Below are positions 1-14,100 of a stretch of 55,381 bases of DNA, in pieces. The stretch comes from Parasitella parasitica NRRL 2501 (Eukaryota; Fungi; Mucoromycota). The notes beneath the pieces are model-generated. The model was not told where the DNA came from. It worked only from the letters and a program-made list of their open reading frames with translations, and searched no databases. The translations under genes were made by a program, and so were the position numbers. Location: contig MU619346.1 of NCBI GenBank assembly GCA_025201805.1, forward strand, positions 47,365 to 102,745. Direction: 5' to 3'. The stretch's first letter is position 1. Every line of letters begins with the position of its first letter.

Positions 1-998
1 ATTGAAAGTTATCGTTTTTAAATATATGTTCAATAAATCTTTCTCTATGTTTATCGCCTATATTCTTCAGACATATACATTCTATTCAAGAGTATCGTTT
101 TGAAGCTTTTATAACGACCTTAACTCCTGATAATATATTAATACACACTCACATTTATGGTGTCCCGCCAATACATAATTACAGTTGTAAACCTCACTTA
201 AAGTCAAAATAAATGTCCCGCGCGTCTCATAACTCAAGTTATGATCAATATAAGTGAATTTATTAAACAGCTTAAGCAGGCTGTCTTTTAAATGTGGGAC
301 TCTAACAAGTGTCCTCAGGGTGTCTCCTGTACCCTATAAATGCTTTAATTAGTTTCTTCCGCCAGTTTATTTGATTTTCGAGAAGTGGATTAAAATCAAC
401 TAGATCCCCATTTTCAAAAATATATAAACATAACAAGAAATAATGAGAGCTTCACTATATAATAATGGGTAATTGCAGAATTCATTACTATGCATTTGAA
501 GTCGACGCTATCAATAAGAGAGAGTATTCACCTTTGTTCATACCTCATTATATACCTTTTTCAAATCCTGTTGAAAGAGTGTAATTGCGACATCAAGAAG
601 CGCCTACTTTGTGAAGCAAATATTTTGTCTTCTCGGCCTCCTGCAATTTGTCAATCAGTTGCTGTTCAGGATTGTCAAGGTTGATTTAGGTGCATTGATC
701 AAGTATTAGGCTCAAGGTGAATGTCATGCCTGCCAACTTTTCCTCTGTCTAAAAAACGAAAATGAAGAATACCACGGAACTAGACCATGCAGTGTCATAA
801 AAATGGCAAATCTTTGATTTCTATGCTCATACTATGTTGTTGATGCGAAGACTCTGTATTCATTGGTTTATTCAACCAAGTTTATTTGCACAAATGGCTG
901 CCATCCACACTCTTAGCAACCCTGTGCGTGACTGTAGCGGATTACTACTGTTGTTTGCTTACCGTATAAACAAAAAAATGAAGCTTTTAACAAAACCA

Positions 999-1790
999 AT
1001 GTCTGACCTAAACCAAATTCTTTCATTGCTCAGCAAGGTAGACTAAAGTTACACTATACACATTGAGCAAGTCGTAAATATCTGTAGAATATAGGGCCAA
1101 AAACCAACACCATCAAAAGCGACCAACACTCGTGCTGATGACACAACATTGCAACCACCCTCCATTCTAGACGGGCTAAATCTTTCCAGTATTAATCCTG
1201 ACCTTATCCAACAAGTGAGGCAGGAGTATTTAACGAAAAAATCAAATGAAGATTCGCTAAAAAACGCAACTTCTCTTACGCCTGAAGTTCTGATTGCGGT
1301 TGCGAACATGGCCAAGGAAACAGAGCTAATTTCTGTATTGAAAAAATGCAAACAACGGCAAGATCAAAAGGAGAGGGAATTGTACTCACATCGACAATCT
1401 ATCACAAATCGATATAAAAAACAAAGAGAAAATCTAATGACAAAGTAAGCTACCAACGATTTGGAATTATATACAACTGTTGTGTTGATTAATTTTCAGG
1501 GAATTAGTTGGAGTGAAGGTGGATGCAGATGAAATCAAGGTAAGCTATGTATTCATGCATAAATCAAATAAATCAAACCACTAACGCATTACTATCGCTA
1601 GTCAATTGACCAAGAACTTGACCGAGAATTGCATGCAATGGATTTACAAATATTGAAAGAAATGGATAAAGAAGTAAAATATCTACAGCAAGAGTTTGTA
1701 CAGTTAAACGTGCCCTTGTTCAAGGTATCGAATGACCCAAATGACATTAAATTACAGCAAAAAGTGCTCCATATTCTACAGGACATTTGA
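999..1790 (+). CDS. Small 4-exon coiled-coil protein, DUF2458-like
   Basis: ATG 999 (MSDLNQILSLLSK); GT-AG introns at about 1038-1087, 1445-1499 and 1540-1601 join ORF 1149..1448 to a C-terminal ...ELHAMDLQILKEMDKEVKYLQQEFVQLNVPLF...LQQKVLHILQDI* (TGA 1788-1790). Family call is from remembered pattern only. Confidence 0.6.
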
Positions 1791-1913
1791 TGATGTTGAT
1801 GATGATGAGGGGAAAACACCAAGTCCGAATTCATGCCATCTGCTACTAAGGAATAAACTTTTATCCTCTTTTTTTTTTCTCTTTCCTTTTTCTTTCTTTT
1901 ATTCACCAAAAAA

Positions 1914-4348
1914 ATGAATTTCAACGGACCTTGGTTTACTGACAAAAAAACAAACCGCACCATCCTTTTTAAAGGAGTTAACTTGAGTGGAGGTACAAAG
2001 CTGCCAGTTGGCCTTTCCTCTCACCAACGTCAGGGCTATTGGGTGGATTATGATCGCAGAGTGAGCTTTGTTGGGAGGCCATTCCCTTTGGAGGAGGCAG
2101 ACGAGCATTTGCAAAGACTGGTGGATCTCGGCTTTAATCTGCTGCGGTTTGTTGTCACTTGGGAAGCCATCGAGCATGAAGGACCGTGAGTTGCGTTGTA
2201 CACAAAAAGCTGCAAGGTTGACGCTAATTATTTTAGTTGACCATTAGTGGCATTTATGATCAAGAGTACATTGATTATTTGGTTCAGTTATTGAAGAAAT
2301 GCCAGCAGTATGGACTGCAAGCCTATATTGATCCCCATCAAGATAGCGTAAGTCCTTTTGGCCTATGTCTATCGTCATCTTTGCTAACAAAATTGCAGTG
2401 GTCCAGGCATTGCGGCGGTTCAGGCCATCCTGGGTGGACATTGACGCTTGCTGGCTTGAATCCACTAAATTTTCCAGAGACAAACGCAGCCATTGTGCAT
2501 AACCTATATCCTGATCCCAAGAAATTCCCTAAAATGATTTGGAACACCAATTATCAAAAACTAGCAGTTGCCACCTTATTCACTCTATTTTTTGCTGGCA
2601 AAACATTTGCACCAAAGTGCATCGTCAATGGCGTTCATGTCCAAGATTATCTGCAATCACATTTCATCAAGAGTTTACAGCACGTAGCCGATGCCATCCA
2701 TAAAAACAACTTGGAAAATACGGTCGTGATTGGCTATGATACAATGAATGAACCTGGCCAAGGTTATTTGCCTATTCCACATCTGGATCAACTCTCCAAG
2801 GATGATACTGATTTTAAAATGGGGCTCACACCCACCGCTTTTCAAGGTATGTTGTTGGGCTCGGGTATACCAGCACAAGTGGAAAATTGGGAATTCAAAT
2901 GGAACGGCCCCAAAAAGACAGGCAGCTTGCTGGTGAACCCTGATAACGTGATTGCATGGCTGACTGACGATGAACTCAAAGAAGCGTGTGATACTTTTGG
3001 TTGGGAAAGAGACCCATCTTGGACTCCAGGCTGTATATGGGCTCTGCATGGCATTTGGGACAAATCAACGCAGCAACTACTCAAACCAGAATACTTTGCT
3101 GCAGATCCCAACACCGGGAAGCCTACAGATTATATTGACTATTGGATGGAACATGTACATCAGTATGCAACTGCTCTTCGTGCTATTCATTCCGATGCCA
3201 TCTTGTTTGTACAACCTCCAGTGCTAGAAGTACCACCTAAAATGCCGTCTGCTCTTGAGCGCATTGTATACGCTCCACATTGGTATGATGGATTAACACT
3301 GGTCAAAAAGAAATGGTGTAGCTATAATGTGGATTTCATCAACTTGAACCGCGGTAAATATGGAAGTGGTCCCTTGCGATTTGTTCGTGCATTACGACTA
3401 GGCGAAAAAGCGATTCGCCAATGCTTTGTTGATCAACTGAGCACTATACAGAAAGAGGGACTCGAAAACATAGGAAACTATCCATGTATTATGGGTGAGA
3501 TTGGTATTCCCTATGACATGGAGGTATCAGACTCATCAAACACCAACAGTGTGGTGTATTGGTGGAATTGGTGCCTGTCTTTGTTTACGGAAGCCAGCCG
3601 GGTTTCGGAGACTTCCATCAACAGTACCAACTCTCCCCAGAACAGAGCTTTGGATGCGAATTTGAATGCTCTTGAAAAGAATCTACTGAACTATACGCTT
3701 TGGAACTACATGTCTGATAACAGCGAAGAATGGGGAGATGAGTGGAATGGCGAGGACCTGAGTATCTTTCAAGCACCAGCTACTGCACCTACCGCAGAAA
3801 TGAAAAATCTAGATTGCAAGAGTGATTATCTAGACGTAGTGGTTACTAGTGGATCTGTTACTCCATCCACCGCCTCTACAGATACAGTTGTGACAACACT
3901 AACCAAAAAAACGCCTTGGAGCACTGATGCTGCTGTTGATAATTACATGGATCGCATGACCAATATTAGCACAGATTCGCTACAAGGCCTATTGCAGCAA
4001 AACCAGCCGCAGATTAATGTTCGCAATGTGGTTAGTCTCCATAGGCCACATCCAGTGTTAACAGCTGGTATTCCAACAGGCATCAACTTTATCTCGCCCA
4101 CAGAAACGATATCGGCCTTGTTTGAGTATACTATGCAGTACAAATCAGAGTGCGATGGTCCCACAGAAATTTACGTACCCACATGTTATTTCCCCATACC
4201 AACAGAGAACACAAAAATTACATTGAGTGTTGGAACGTGGAAAGCACAAGCAACGAGAGACAACTATTGGACTCTATTATGGTTCATTGAAGAAGGGGAT
4301 GATATCCTTAAGGCTGAACTAAAAATGGAGGGTGTGTCCATTATATAA
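1914..4348 (+). CDS. Glycoside hydrolase family 5, endoglycoceramidase-related (EGCrP/Egh1-like steryl-glucosidase or glucosylceramidase)
   Basis: GVNLSGGTKLP, SFVGRPFPLEEADEH, TWEAIEHEGPG, IDPHQD, acid/base motif MNEP, HWYD, nucleophile region GEIG, WNGEDLS. Introns at about 2186-2247 and 2348-2398. Confidence 0.9.
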
Positions 4349-4385
4349 CATTATTTATACAAATATATATGTGTATATTTTTTAT

Positions 4386-4913
4386 TCAAGAAAATAAAGG
4401 AAAATCAGAGAAATCAAATTCATCATCACCGTTATCGTTATTAAAACTAATGGGCGATAAAACAGGAGAAGGAGGAGGGGAAGCTAAATAGGTGGGCGTT
4501 TGAATAAAGTTATCAAATTCATCAAATATTTCATTGTCTTCTAAAATAGATGCATTATTCAATGGAGAGGAGGACAGTGATGGCGAAGATGAAGAGGAGG
4601 AAGAGGAGGAAGAGGAAGCGGACAAAAAACATGGTATGGGACCAAATAAAGGAGAGTCTTGAATAATAGTGTTGTTGTTATTGTTAATATTGTTGCTATT
4701 TGTTGAATAGGGCTGATAGCGTCTGGACAAGCGTTGTTGTTTAGAACGATGAGACTTTAGACCAGGAGATGGTCGTTGTGCATCGAACAACAGGCTATCT
4801 GTGGGTTGTATTGAGGGTTCATCATAGTGGGAGGAGCTTGTTGCTGTGGTTGGATTCTGTTGATAATAGAGGAATTCATACTTGAGGTTTTTAGTTGAAG
4901 AAACTTGTAACAC
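4386..4913 (-). CDS. Low-complexity Ser/Pro/Asn-rich hypothetical protein; start unresolved
   Basis: 175-codon open frame with codon-like repeats (poly-S, poly-N), RRYQPY and an acidic-aromatic C-terminus. No in-frame ATG; the frame starts right after a CAG, so an upstream exon is possible. Confidence 0.4.
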   Translation of the reverse strand: MLQVSSTKNLKYEFLYYQQNPTTATSSSHYDEPSIQPTDSLLFDAQRPSPGLKSHRSKQQRLSRRYQPYSTNSNNINNNNNTIIQDSPLFGPIPCFLSASSSSSSSSSSSPSLSSSPLNNASILEDNEIFDEFDNFIQTPTYLASPPPSPVLSPISFNNDNGDDEFDFSDFPLFS

Positions 4914-5604
4914 CTGTTTAGATTGAATGTTTTTTCTGAAAAGGCCCTTTTAGATGTATAAAAGGGTCAACTAGTGGTAGTTGCTCTTGTTGTTTGCTAT
5001 GAAAAGTGAAGAAATTTCACTCAAAATTGTATATATACGTGTCTTTTTCTTTTTTTATACTAGAAAAAAGAAAAAAGAGAAAAAAAACAACAGTTCTTTT
5101 TGTTTAGAGAAAGAAAAATGAAGAAAAAAAAAATTGTAGAAAGAAGAGGGGTTTTTCTACAATTTTCTCCTATTTATCATAATTACGTTACTCTTTTCTC
5201 TTCCTCGCTCTGTGTGCGGTTGTGTATCAGAAGTTTGAATCCAATTAGATTTTAGAATGGTTCTTCTCCATCGTTTAAAGTCGAGTGAATGAAGCCGGAC
5301 TTTTTAAGACGAGGTAATTCTATTGAAAAATACAGGTTGAGACTAGTGATCGAAGACAGGGCATTATTCCAAAAATAAAATAAAAAAAAACTAGAATATC
5401 ATGCTGAATGTCCTCATTGTTCATAGATTCAGCGCAAAGTGTCTAGGACTTGCCATATGTTGCAAAAATAAATACATATTGGTAGCTATAGTGCAAAAGA
5501 ATCAAATGCAATAGATGTACAACATAATTTGAGCGATTATGATCGATCCTATCTGATACAGCTTCAACTTGCGAGCAAATATTTTATTGTAGTAATTGTT
5601 GATA

Positions 5605-7952
5605 TTAAGCTGTAGGTTCGAACAGGTGACCAATCATTCGATCAACCTTATCTTTGTCATAACGGATATATTTAGCTGGATTTTTAGTGAAATCTGTATT
5701 TTGGTATTTATCCAAGAATCGACCATACATTGGCACCAGTACATTCTTTACATCACGGATCACTTGATTTCTCAACTCTGTATCTGGAATAGCATATGTC
5801 TGTTGCGCCCTGGCAATTTCTTCAAATTCAGTATTAAAGTTCTTGAAGCGTTCTTTGATGAGTTGTCTTTCTTGACTTCCCATCGAGCTCTTGATGGCTC
5901 CTCCACGAACGTAGGTGACGTCCATTAAATTCTCGACACAAGGTTTCCAAGATTCCTGGTAAGCATCTAGTTGCTTCTTGACAAGCTTACCAAACTTCAT
6001 TTCAGAACCGTCATCAAAGATGGCATTGAGAGGTGGCGAGCGAATTTGTCGCAAAATATGGTTGTAGTTGTTGAGAAGAAACAATGTTGCAAGTGTGGGC
6101 TTCTTGTAGCCTCTAGATTTTTGCTGGAGCGCAACTGTCATTTGATCTAAAGCATCAACAAAGAACTTTTGAAGCAATGCTGCGCCAATGGCCGATTCAC
6201 CTTGCGGGATACGTGATGTATCATTCAGGATTTGAGGAGAAGGCATGTTGTTCCACCCACCATCTCCTACGAGCACTAACAATGGCTCTACTGTATCCCT
6301 CCATATATAAAGTCGCTTGAAATAATTCAAAGTCTAGACAAATAGTAGGAGCCCGTCAGTACGAACAATAGGCCAAGCAAAATACAATACTTTACATTAC
6401 TAGTCATCTCATGCACAGTGCCATCACTGCTAAGATTGGTCGGTTGACTCATTTCCTTTCTGCCTCTCACATCCTCCATGAATTCATAGAAATTACGGAG
6501 CACTGTTAATTTGAAAGAGTTGATCATTTCCTGAATATCTTGCAACGAAACAATATGAGACAGTTCTTCCACATAACATATGCACTCTCTATCAAACTTC
6601 TCAATGATATCAAATACAAACGTTGTTTCTGTATAGCTCAGTCTTTTTGCGACTGCATTCAGTTGTTTTCCGGCAGCAATGTATTCAACAGTAGCAGGCG
6701 CAATGGATCCTTTGAGGGCGGCTGCTCTTCGTTGCTCGTTGCTCATAATTTGTTGTGCAAATTTGTATTCGGATTCCAGCATTTTTGTATAGCATTCAGT
6801 GTATTTCAAGAATTCGCTTGATCCTCTTTCATACGAACTGCCCTGATGTTTTTCGGATTGTTGAACAGATTGTGATAATGGATGCAAGGAGCGTTGCAAG
6901 AACGCAGATCTGATCTCAACGTACGGCTTTGTGAAATCCACAGAATAGCCAATCTCCTTTTCAGACGAAGAAATGTAAGTCGATAGTTGCGAGAGTTGTT
7001 TCATCGAAGCAGTTGTCATCATTTCAGTGTCTAATTTTACAGTTTGAGAAAGAAAAGAAGAAAACAAAAAAAAAAAAAAAAAAGATTCATGCACATGAGT
7101 TGTGTTGCCACCTACTTGAATTAAGCATAGTATTCACATCCACTGGATTGCTTACTGCAGATAGCCATTTTCTGAATAATGTCTCTAAATGAAGCATGCC
7201 TGCTTTCAACAATTGTTTCTAGAATACACAAAATACGTTAGCCCATCAAGCAAAGTATGAATATCAATCCAGCCTACCATTTGGTAGATAGTTTTATCGC
7301 AAGATCGAAGTTGGCTTTTTTCAATAGCATCCACGCCATCTTTTAATCTGCCCATTGCTTTTAAATAAGGCAGCACATTATTCTCGTCAGGACTATGTGC
7401 ATTCAGCCACGCAATTAGTTGCGAGTTCTGCTACGTTATCAAGTCCATTTTAAAAAATACCCTTTTAATATATACGCTTCCTCTCTGCTAGGCATGTTCA
7501 AACAATCGACAATGTTTTCAGTCTCTTTCAAGGTTGCATCGATATCTATCCAGTGCAAGTTACGCTTGGTTAAGTACTATTGTGTTTTTGGTATTGCAAT
7601 CCATACTGTTTGCTAACTTTGTCAGGTTTTGCGTAGATCTGTGAATGGGTAAAATAGAAGCTTCTAGCTTGAGTAGCCTGCCATCGAAAGAATCCAGTAT
7701 GTTGACCTTGTAAGCAACCTTGGATTAGAGACCTCTTTTTGCTAAATTATGGTTAATACGTACAAGTTTATCAGAAAGACCATTCATACGGCCCAACTGT
7801 TTTTGAAGAACATCCAAATCAGCCGAATCCTCGTCGAGTTTACCGTTTGAAGAGCTTTGACTATATGGACATATGTTTAGTTGGCTAGTTTCATCATGTT
7901 TAAAGACTTTTTTTTTTTTTTTTTTAACAAAAAAAGGAACTTGCCTTGGCAT
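5605..7952 (-). CDS. EXO70: Exocyst complex subunit Exo70
   Basis: DGTVHEMTSN, LFLLNNYNHI, IKERFKNFNTEFEEI, IPDTELRNQV, FTKNPAKYIRY. Multi-exon; the first intron is apparently GC-AG (7861-7944). Confidence 0.93.
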
Positions 7953-8171
7953 GAACGAAGAGAGTGTGTGTTCAGTTGGAATGGCGGTAGAGGAATAGGT
8001 TGCTATGGAACTCCGCGTCTGCCAAATACACTACACAGGTGCATTTTCATTATGATGGTACCCTCGTGTGGTTTCTTGCAGATGTTTTATTTAATAAGCT
8101 TTCGAAATGGAAAAAGTTGGTACATTTACATGTGGCCATCACATTTGTTTTATTATATTTACAAAAAAGAC

Positions 8172-11100
8172 TTAGTTAAAAAACTTGTCCAAACTCTCAC
8201 CTAAATGAGTTTCGATTTGAGCATTGACCTGTTGGACCAACTTTTCAACACGAATATCATCGTCTTCCATAAGCTCAGCAAGGAACGAGATGCTCTCAGC
8301 CAAAAAGAGCAGCCACTCTTCACCGAGACGAATGTAAAATTCTTCAATACACTTCAGTGCTGCTAATCTGATCTCAGGATCATCTTCTCTCGTCTTTAAC
8401 AATACCTTGTGGTTAAGAGGCTTCCAAAGGGTGTCATTAGAAACTGTAACAGCCATTTGGCCAACACAAGGCACAAGATATGTGTTCATGCGAGCAAGGT
8501 AATCAGAGCAAGTGCCCTTGCTGGTAACTAGCATTTGATCAGTGACAGGATCAACTATCTTCTCAAACTTGGTAGCATTCCAAAGATTGTCATTGTCATA
8601 CAAGAACGACTTGCGGAGAGCTGACATGATGTAATTCCAAAGAGCATCAACGGGCTGCTGTTCATCCTTGTAGCGTTCCAATCTCATTATAACATCGTCG
8701 ATCAGATAGCCAAAGTAGGGAGTAAAGATAGACTTGAGTTTATCCAAAAGCGCATCGGCAAGCTTGTAAAAGAACAAGACACGCTTCAAACCATCCTCAG
8801 AGACAACAGCACCATCAGAAGCCAGTTCAACAGTGGCCCAGTCAACCACCTTGAGGAACAAGGGCTTGAACAAAGTCTCATTCAGCTTCATGACTAAATC
8901 AAGGAAAGCGCCGATAATGGCCCCTTCAATCTCATTTACTTGCGATTCATCAAAGCTCTTGCTGTGGGCGCGACGAATGTCAAACGCAATCAGGAAGAAC
9001 TTGAAAAGTTGCTTGTACTGTGTGGTCATCGTATCACGAGTCATGTTGCGGATAGCTTGAGAGACGACAGACAAAAGACCCAATGTAGATTTGGTGCCAT
9101 TTTGAACAGCAACTTCGTAAAAGGCGAATACGGGCGTGAACAGCACACGAGGAGCTACACTGGTAGCCAGCTGGGACAAGACAGCAGTGGATTTGGCTTC
9201 AACCAGAGCCTTCTGGGAATGAGCAGCGTCATAGGTATAAATGGAGGGGTTCAAGAGGCCCTTCAGCATCTTTGTAATATAGGGACTGACAAAATGAGGC
9301 AAGGCACCAACAATAGTATCAAGAGCACTGACAACACCCAACTGTAAAAGCAGGTTGGGCGTTTCAGCATTTACTGTATCGTCTAAAATATCAGTAACAA
9401 GGGGCATAAACTTGGGAAGATGGGGCACAGCACGAGGGCCAATTTCTTGACAGATAACGGTTAGACAAACCAAGCTTGAAATCTGTAGTTGGGCATTGCT
9501 TGATTGAAGGCTCTGTGCGCCAATAATGACAGGGATGGCTTCAGCAAATTGCCCAGGATAAAGACTGCCGAGAATCTTGGCAAGAGAAGCAATACAGAGC
9601 AGCGCAGATTGCCTGTTGACAGCTTGGTCTTCTTCGCTGGATAAAACGGCAGATTCTGTTTGAATGACCTGCGTCAACTTATTTATCATCTTGACCAGGG
9701 TATCCTCAGAGCCTTCAGGAGCATGACCATTGAATGAAACAATCTTGTCGTTGAAGATGTTGAGTGCCTTGCGACGAATTGCAGTGTCATCGTGATGGAT
9801 CAATTCAGAGATAACATTAATGAAAGCATCCAGCGGCAAAAGAGCGTTGACCTTGTCCAACACATCGTACACCACCTTCAAGATGGCTCTCCAGAATTTA
9901 GCAATGCCAGGCACAGCATCCTTGGACACAGAGTAGGCATCACGGAATTTCGTAAAGTACGCAACAATCTTGAGTATGATTTCAACTGCTTGGAGATAGA
10001 ATGGCTGCATTCTTTGAGTAAACGCTTCAGAGGCATTGCTTTGAGTCATGACCTTGTTCAAGAAACCCTTGGAACTCAATAGTTGACCGGCAAAGTTAAG
10101 TGTAGCGAGCTTGTACTGACGAAGTTGCTTGGCATTGTGCTCGGATACATTAAACAAGTGTGCGTCCTTTTCATTCATCGAGACATCCTCTGGTTTTTCG
10201 TTGGGCAATACCAACAAACCATTCAGCAGAGCCAAGATGGCCTTCATTTGAGTTTCAGGGCCAAACTGTTGGCTGATAATCAGGCTGAATTCTGTCAACG
10301 ACTCGGCTTCAGAATGAGCGCCCTTGGCTAATCTCTCTGTAAATTTCTCCAACAACAACGAAATGATGGCATACAAGAATTCATCTTCGCCCAGAGTATA
10401 GATGAGCACGGTAAAGAGACGCAAACGTCTATGTTTGGGGATGTGGAAGAGAGCATCAACGAATACCTTGATGATGGGCTTTACTTCAAGCACGAGAGCT
10501 GCCTCGTCATTGTTATTAGATCTTCGGCTGGAAACCACTAGCGGAGGCAAGATCTTTTCAAGCGTTTGCTGAATGACTTGGAAGCTGTAATTGTCATCTT
10601 GACGAAGTACATTAGCACCCATAAAGGTAAAGACAGGCATGATGTTGTGCAGGACGGTCTCGGGGAACATGGAGGCAATAGTGGCCATTAATAACAGAGC
10701 CTGGTTGTGCGTTTGTGGGTTGCCAGTGATGCGAATACATTGCACCACAATGTCAACGCGGAGAGCAGATTCTTCAACAACTGCACCCTTCTCTTCAGCA
10801 TTATGGATGATACGAGTCAAGGCAGACATCAGCAGCTGGTTAATGTACTCAAGAGAAACAGGGGAATCCCGAAGATCAGCATTGACCATAGCTGTCAATA
10901 CTTCAAACAAGGGCTTTACAAGGATGTTGTCCTTGGTGATGGCCTTAGATTCAATCAGCTCGAGGACCGTAACGAGCTCATAGAGATCAACATCCGTGCT
11001 GTGTTGAACTGGGACATTAGTGCGGCCTCGTTTAGCAGCAGGTGCACCATTAGTAGTAGCAGGAGCTCCCATTAAATTTCTAGCGGTAGACAGCAAAACG

Positions 11101-14100
11101 GAATCAAACATCTTGGCGTCAATGTCAATCTTTGAAAGTACCATCTTGGAAGCGCGAACGTCGTTTTGGACGCCATTGGTGGCAATATCGATCAACGAGG
11201 TGAAAATAGCTTGTTGAGCACCAGTATTGGCCTGAGCAAAGAATTCAGGGGTAATCTGCTCAAGTGCAAAGTGACGGGTAGAGACTTGCCAGCCGTCTTC
11301 ATCGGATCCTTGAAGAACGTCCTTGTTGGCAAGCAAACGAAGGAATAGCTGCAGCGTTTTATCGCCCTTGCTACCTAGATTAGCAGCATTGCAAGGCAAG
11401 TAGGCGCGAATCAGATAGGAGACCAAAGCAGTGGATTTCTTGGTACGCTTTTCGTTCAATGTTTTTTCCAAGAGAGGAGCCAACAGTTGGAGCTTGAGAG
11501 GACTATCGACGGAATCCAGCATGGCGAGCATGCTAATCTTGAGTTCGAGAGTAGGGGCATCGTTGGCGTGGTTGAGCAGGAAGGTGAGGGTGTGGGCTTT
11601 GCGAGTCTTGTGCTGCTTCTCCTTTGATTGCTCGCACAAATCAAGGTATTCCTTGAACAAACGAGTAATGTAGCTACGGTCCTTGCTGATTTCATCGTGT
11701 CGGTACCATAAAAAGTCAACGAAATGAGCAGCCTCGTTGGACTTTAAGGGTGTGACGGAAGCAGCCTCGTCGTAGAATGAGCTATCAGGGAGAACGGTCA
11801 AGCTGGTAGCCACTTTGACTTTTTTAACTGCCTCAGTGAGGATCGTAGTGTCGTACACCTTATGACCACTAGGCAACCCTTGGCTCAAATAAATGGAACG
11901 GATGTTTTGTAAGCAAACAAGGCCCTGGACACGAACCGACTGGTGCAGGTTGCCTAAAGTAGGAAACAGAGCAGGCACCAAATGCTGGAAATCCACCTTG
12001 GTGTTATTAGATTCAATGTAATGACCGAGATAAGCCGAGGTGATCTGTAATGCGCGAGCACGGACAACAAAAGTATTATCACTGTTGGACCAAATGCTGG
12101 TAATAAAACGAAGTAGGTCATTGTCGAGTTGAGCTTTAATAAGCTGAGGAATAACCTTTTCGAACGCAACAACAGAGGAGCCACTGACAAAAGTCTTGAA
12201 GAGCTTACTAACCAGTTGAATATAACCGGTGTTGCTAGTGTTGGTTCTGTACCAATCGATAGAACCATCTGGGCGATGGACAGAGTTGGTCAAGGTAACC
12301 AGAACGAATTGAGCCAGTTGGACATAGGTTGTGGTAGGAACATCTTCTACATTTCTTAGCTGTTTGATAATATCGTTTGAGGGCAGACCAGAGGAGCCCT
12401 CCAGAAAACCACCTTTCATCTCAGTCGAATAAAATACGTCTAACTTGTCGTCTACGGCTGCCAAAACAGCGTTTAATGTGTTTAGACCTAGGGCGTATTG
12501 CTCCTTTTCCTTGGTAGTGAGAGAGACAGCCAAAGAGATAACCAGCATGCCAAGAATACTTTCGCCTCTAGATTTGCTTTTGACCATTTCCATCCAGAAT
12601 AAAGCACACTCTGGCTTTTTGTTCTGCTTGATCTGATCGGCCTGCAGTTTGATAAACTTGGTAGGCACCTGGAACTTGTCTTCGGCCTTTGCAGCGGCTT
12701 GAAGATGGTCAACCATAGAGGCCAAAACAGGGCTTGATTTCAAGTGAACATGACCCATACGCTTCAGCAAATTCGTGAGGTTATTGCTAGAAGCAGAGAA
12801 GATGAAGACTGACAAGATTCGAGCGACTTGGAAATCTTGTCCGGGATGCTTCTTGATGAAATCAGATAGCAAAAACTTGAGGACAGAGACAGCGTCCTTG
12901 GAATTGAACGCACCACGTTCTTCCAAAAGACGCACCAGCAAGGTCAAAATTTTTTCAGCAGAAACGTAGTTCAGTAGCTGATTGGGGACCTCTTCTACGG
13001 CATACGTAAACAACGCATTAAACTTGTCTAGACAGGCAGCCAAAGAAGACTCAAAGATCTCTGGAGTTTGGGTCAAAGGGTTGGATTTATCACCGACGAT
13101 GGAAATTAGTTTTTTCATTGCCAAAAGTCGGTTGTTGACAGCAGGGCTGTTCAGGCAGAGATAGAGGGTAGTGTTGGCCTCTTCAACTACTTCGTGCAGA
13201 GTTCCCTTAAAGGCAGAAGAGGTGAACTCATAAAGCTCCTTGCTAACATCAGCGTTGTTTTGGGAGACTGCCAATTGCGCCTCCAAAACAACATCCAACT
13301 CTTCCACATAACGTTGAGAAATCATTGCCAAAAGAGATTGGTATTGCGAAACAAATTCCTTCTTCTTATCGCTATCCTTGCCTTTGGCGAGAACGACATA
13401 GCCATCCACGATAAGCTGACAAAGACGGGATACATTCTCGCTTGACAGGTAGCCTTGCAATACTAAATTCTCCAGCAAATTTATGCAGCTCACTTGACGG
13501 CTAATGTCCTTCAAGAAGCAAGCGAAAAATCTGTCAGTAGCGTATTTGTCAGTGATCTGCAGAATGCATTGCTCAAAGTGAGAGTTGTTGATCATGTTTG
13601 AAAGTGCATTTTTGGAAACAGATTCGAAGCTTTCTTGTGTCTGGCAGAGATGGACAACGGTCAACAAGCAGTAAGTATAGCAGGACTTTTTGTAGTGTCT
13701 CAACATAGCATCGACAAGCGCCTCTACACCCTCTTTGCTGAAAGTTGCTTTGGAGGATAGCTGAGAAACGATCATGTAGCTGGCCAACTGTAATTCAGGC
13801 AATTTCTTGGCCTTAAAGCCGTCGATTAGATGAGGCACAAGAGCAATGGTCATATCAGCTGTAACAGAAGGTGCAAACTTGACAAAATCTGTCATCAGAG
13901 CGGCATAGAAAGAGTAGAGAGTCTGAAAAGGAACAAGAGACTGAGTCACCATTTTGCAGATGAAATCAAACACATATCTATTCTTCATCATCCTCTTGAC
14001 CAAAAGAGATCTTTCAAGAGGGAGCAAACTCTTTTTGACGGGCTTTAAGAATTCCCAAGGCGATTTTTCGCTAGATTTCAGAATATCAATACAATCGGGT

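Noticed and set aside
1788-1810. TGATGA repeats resembling C boxes
   Set aside because: A (GAT)n microsatellite at a stop codon with no D box or guide.
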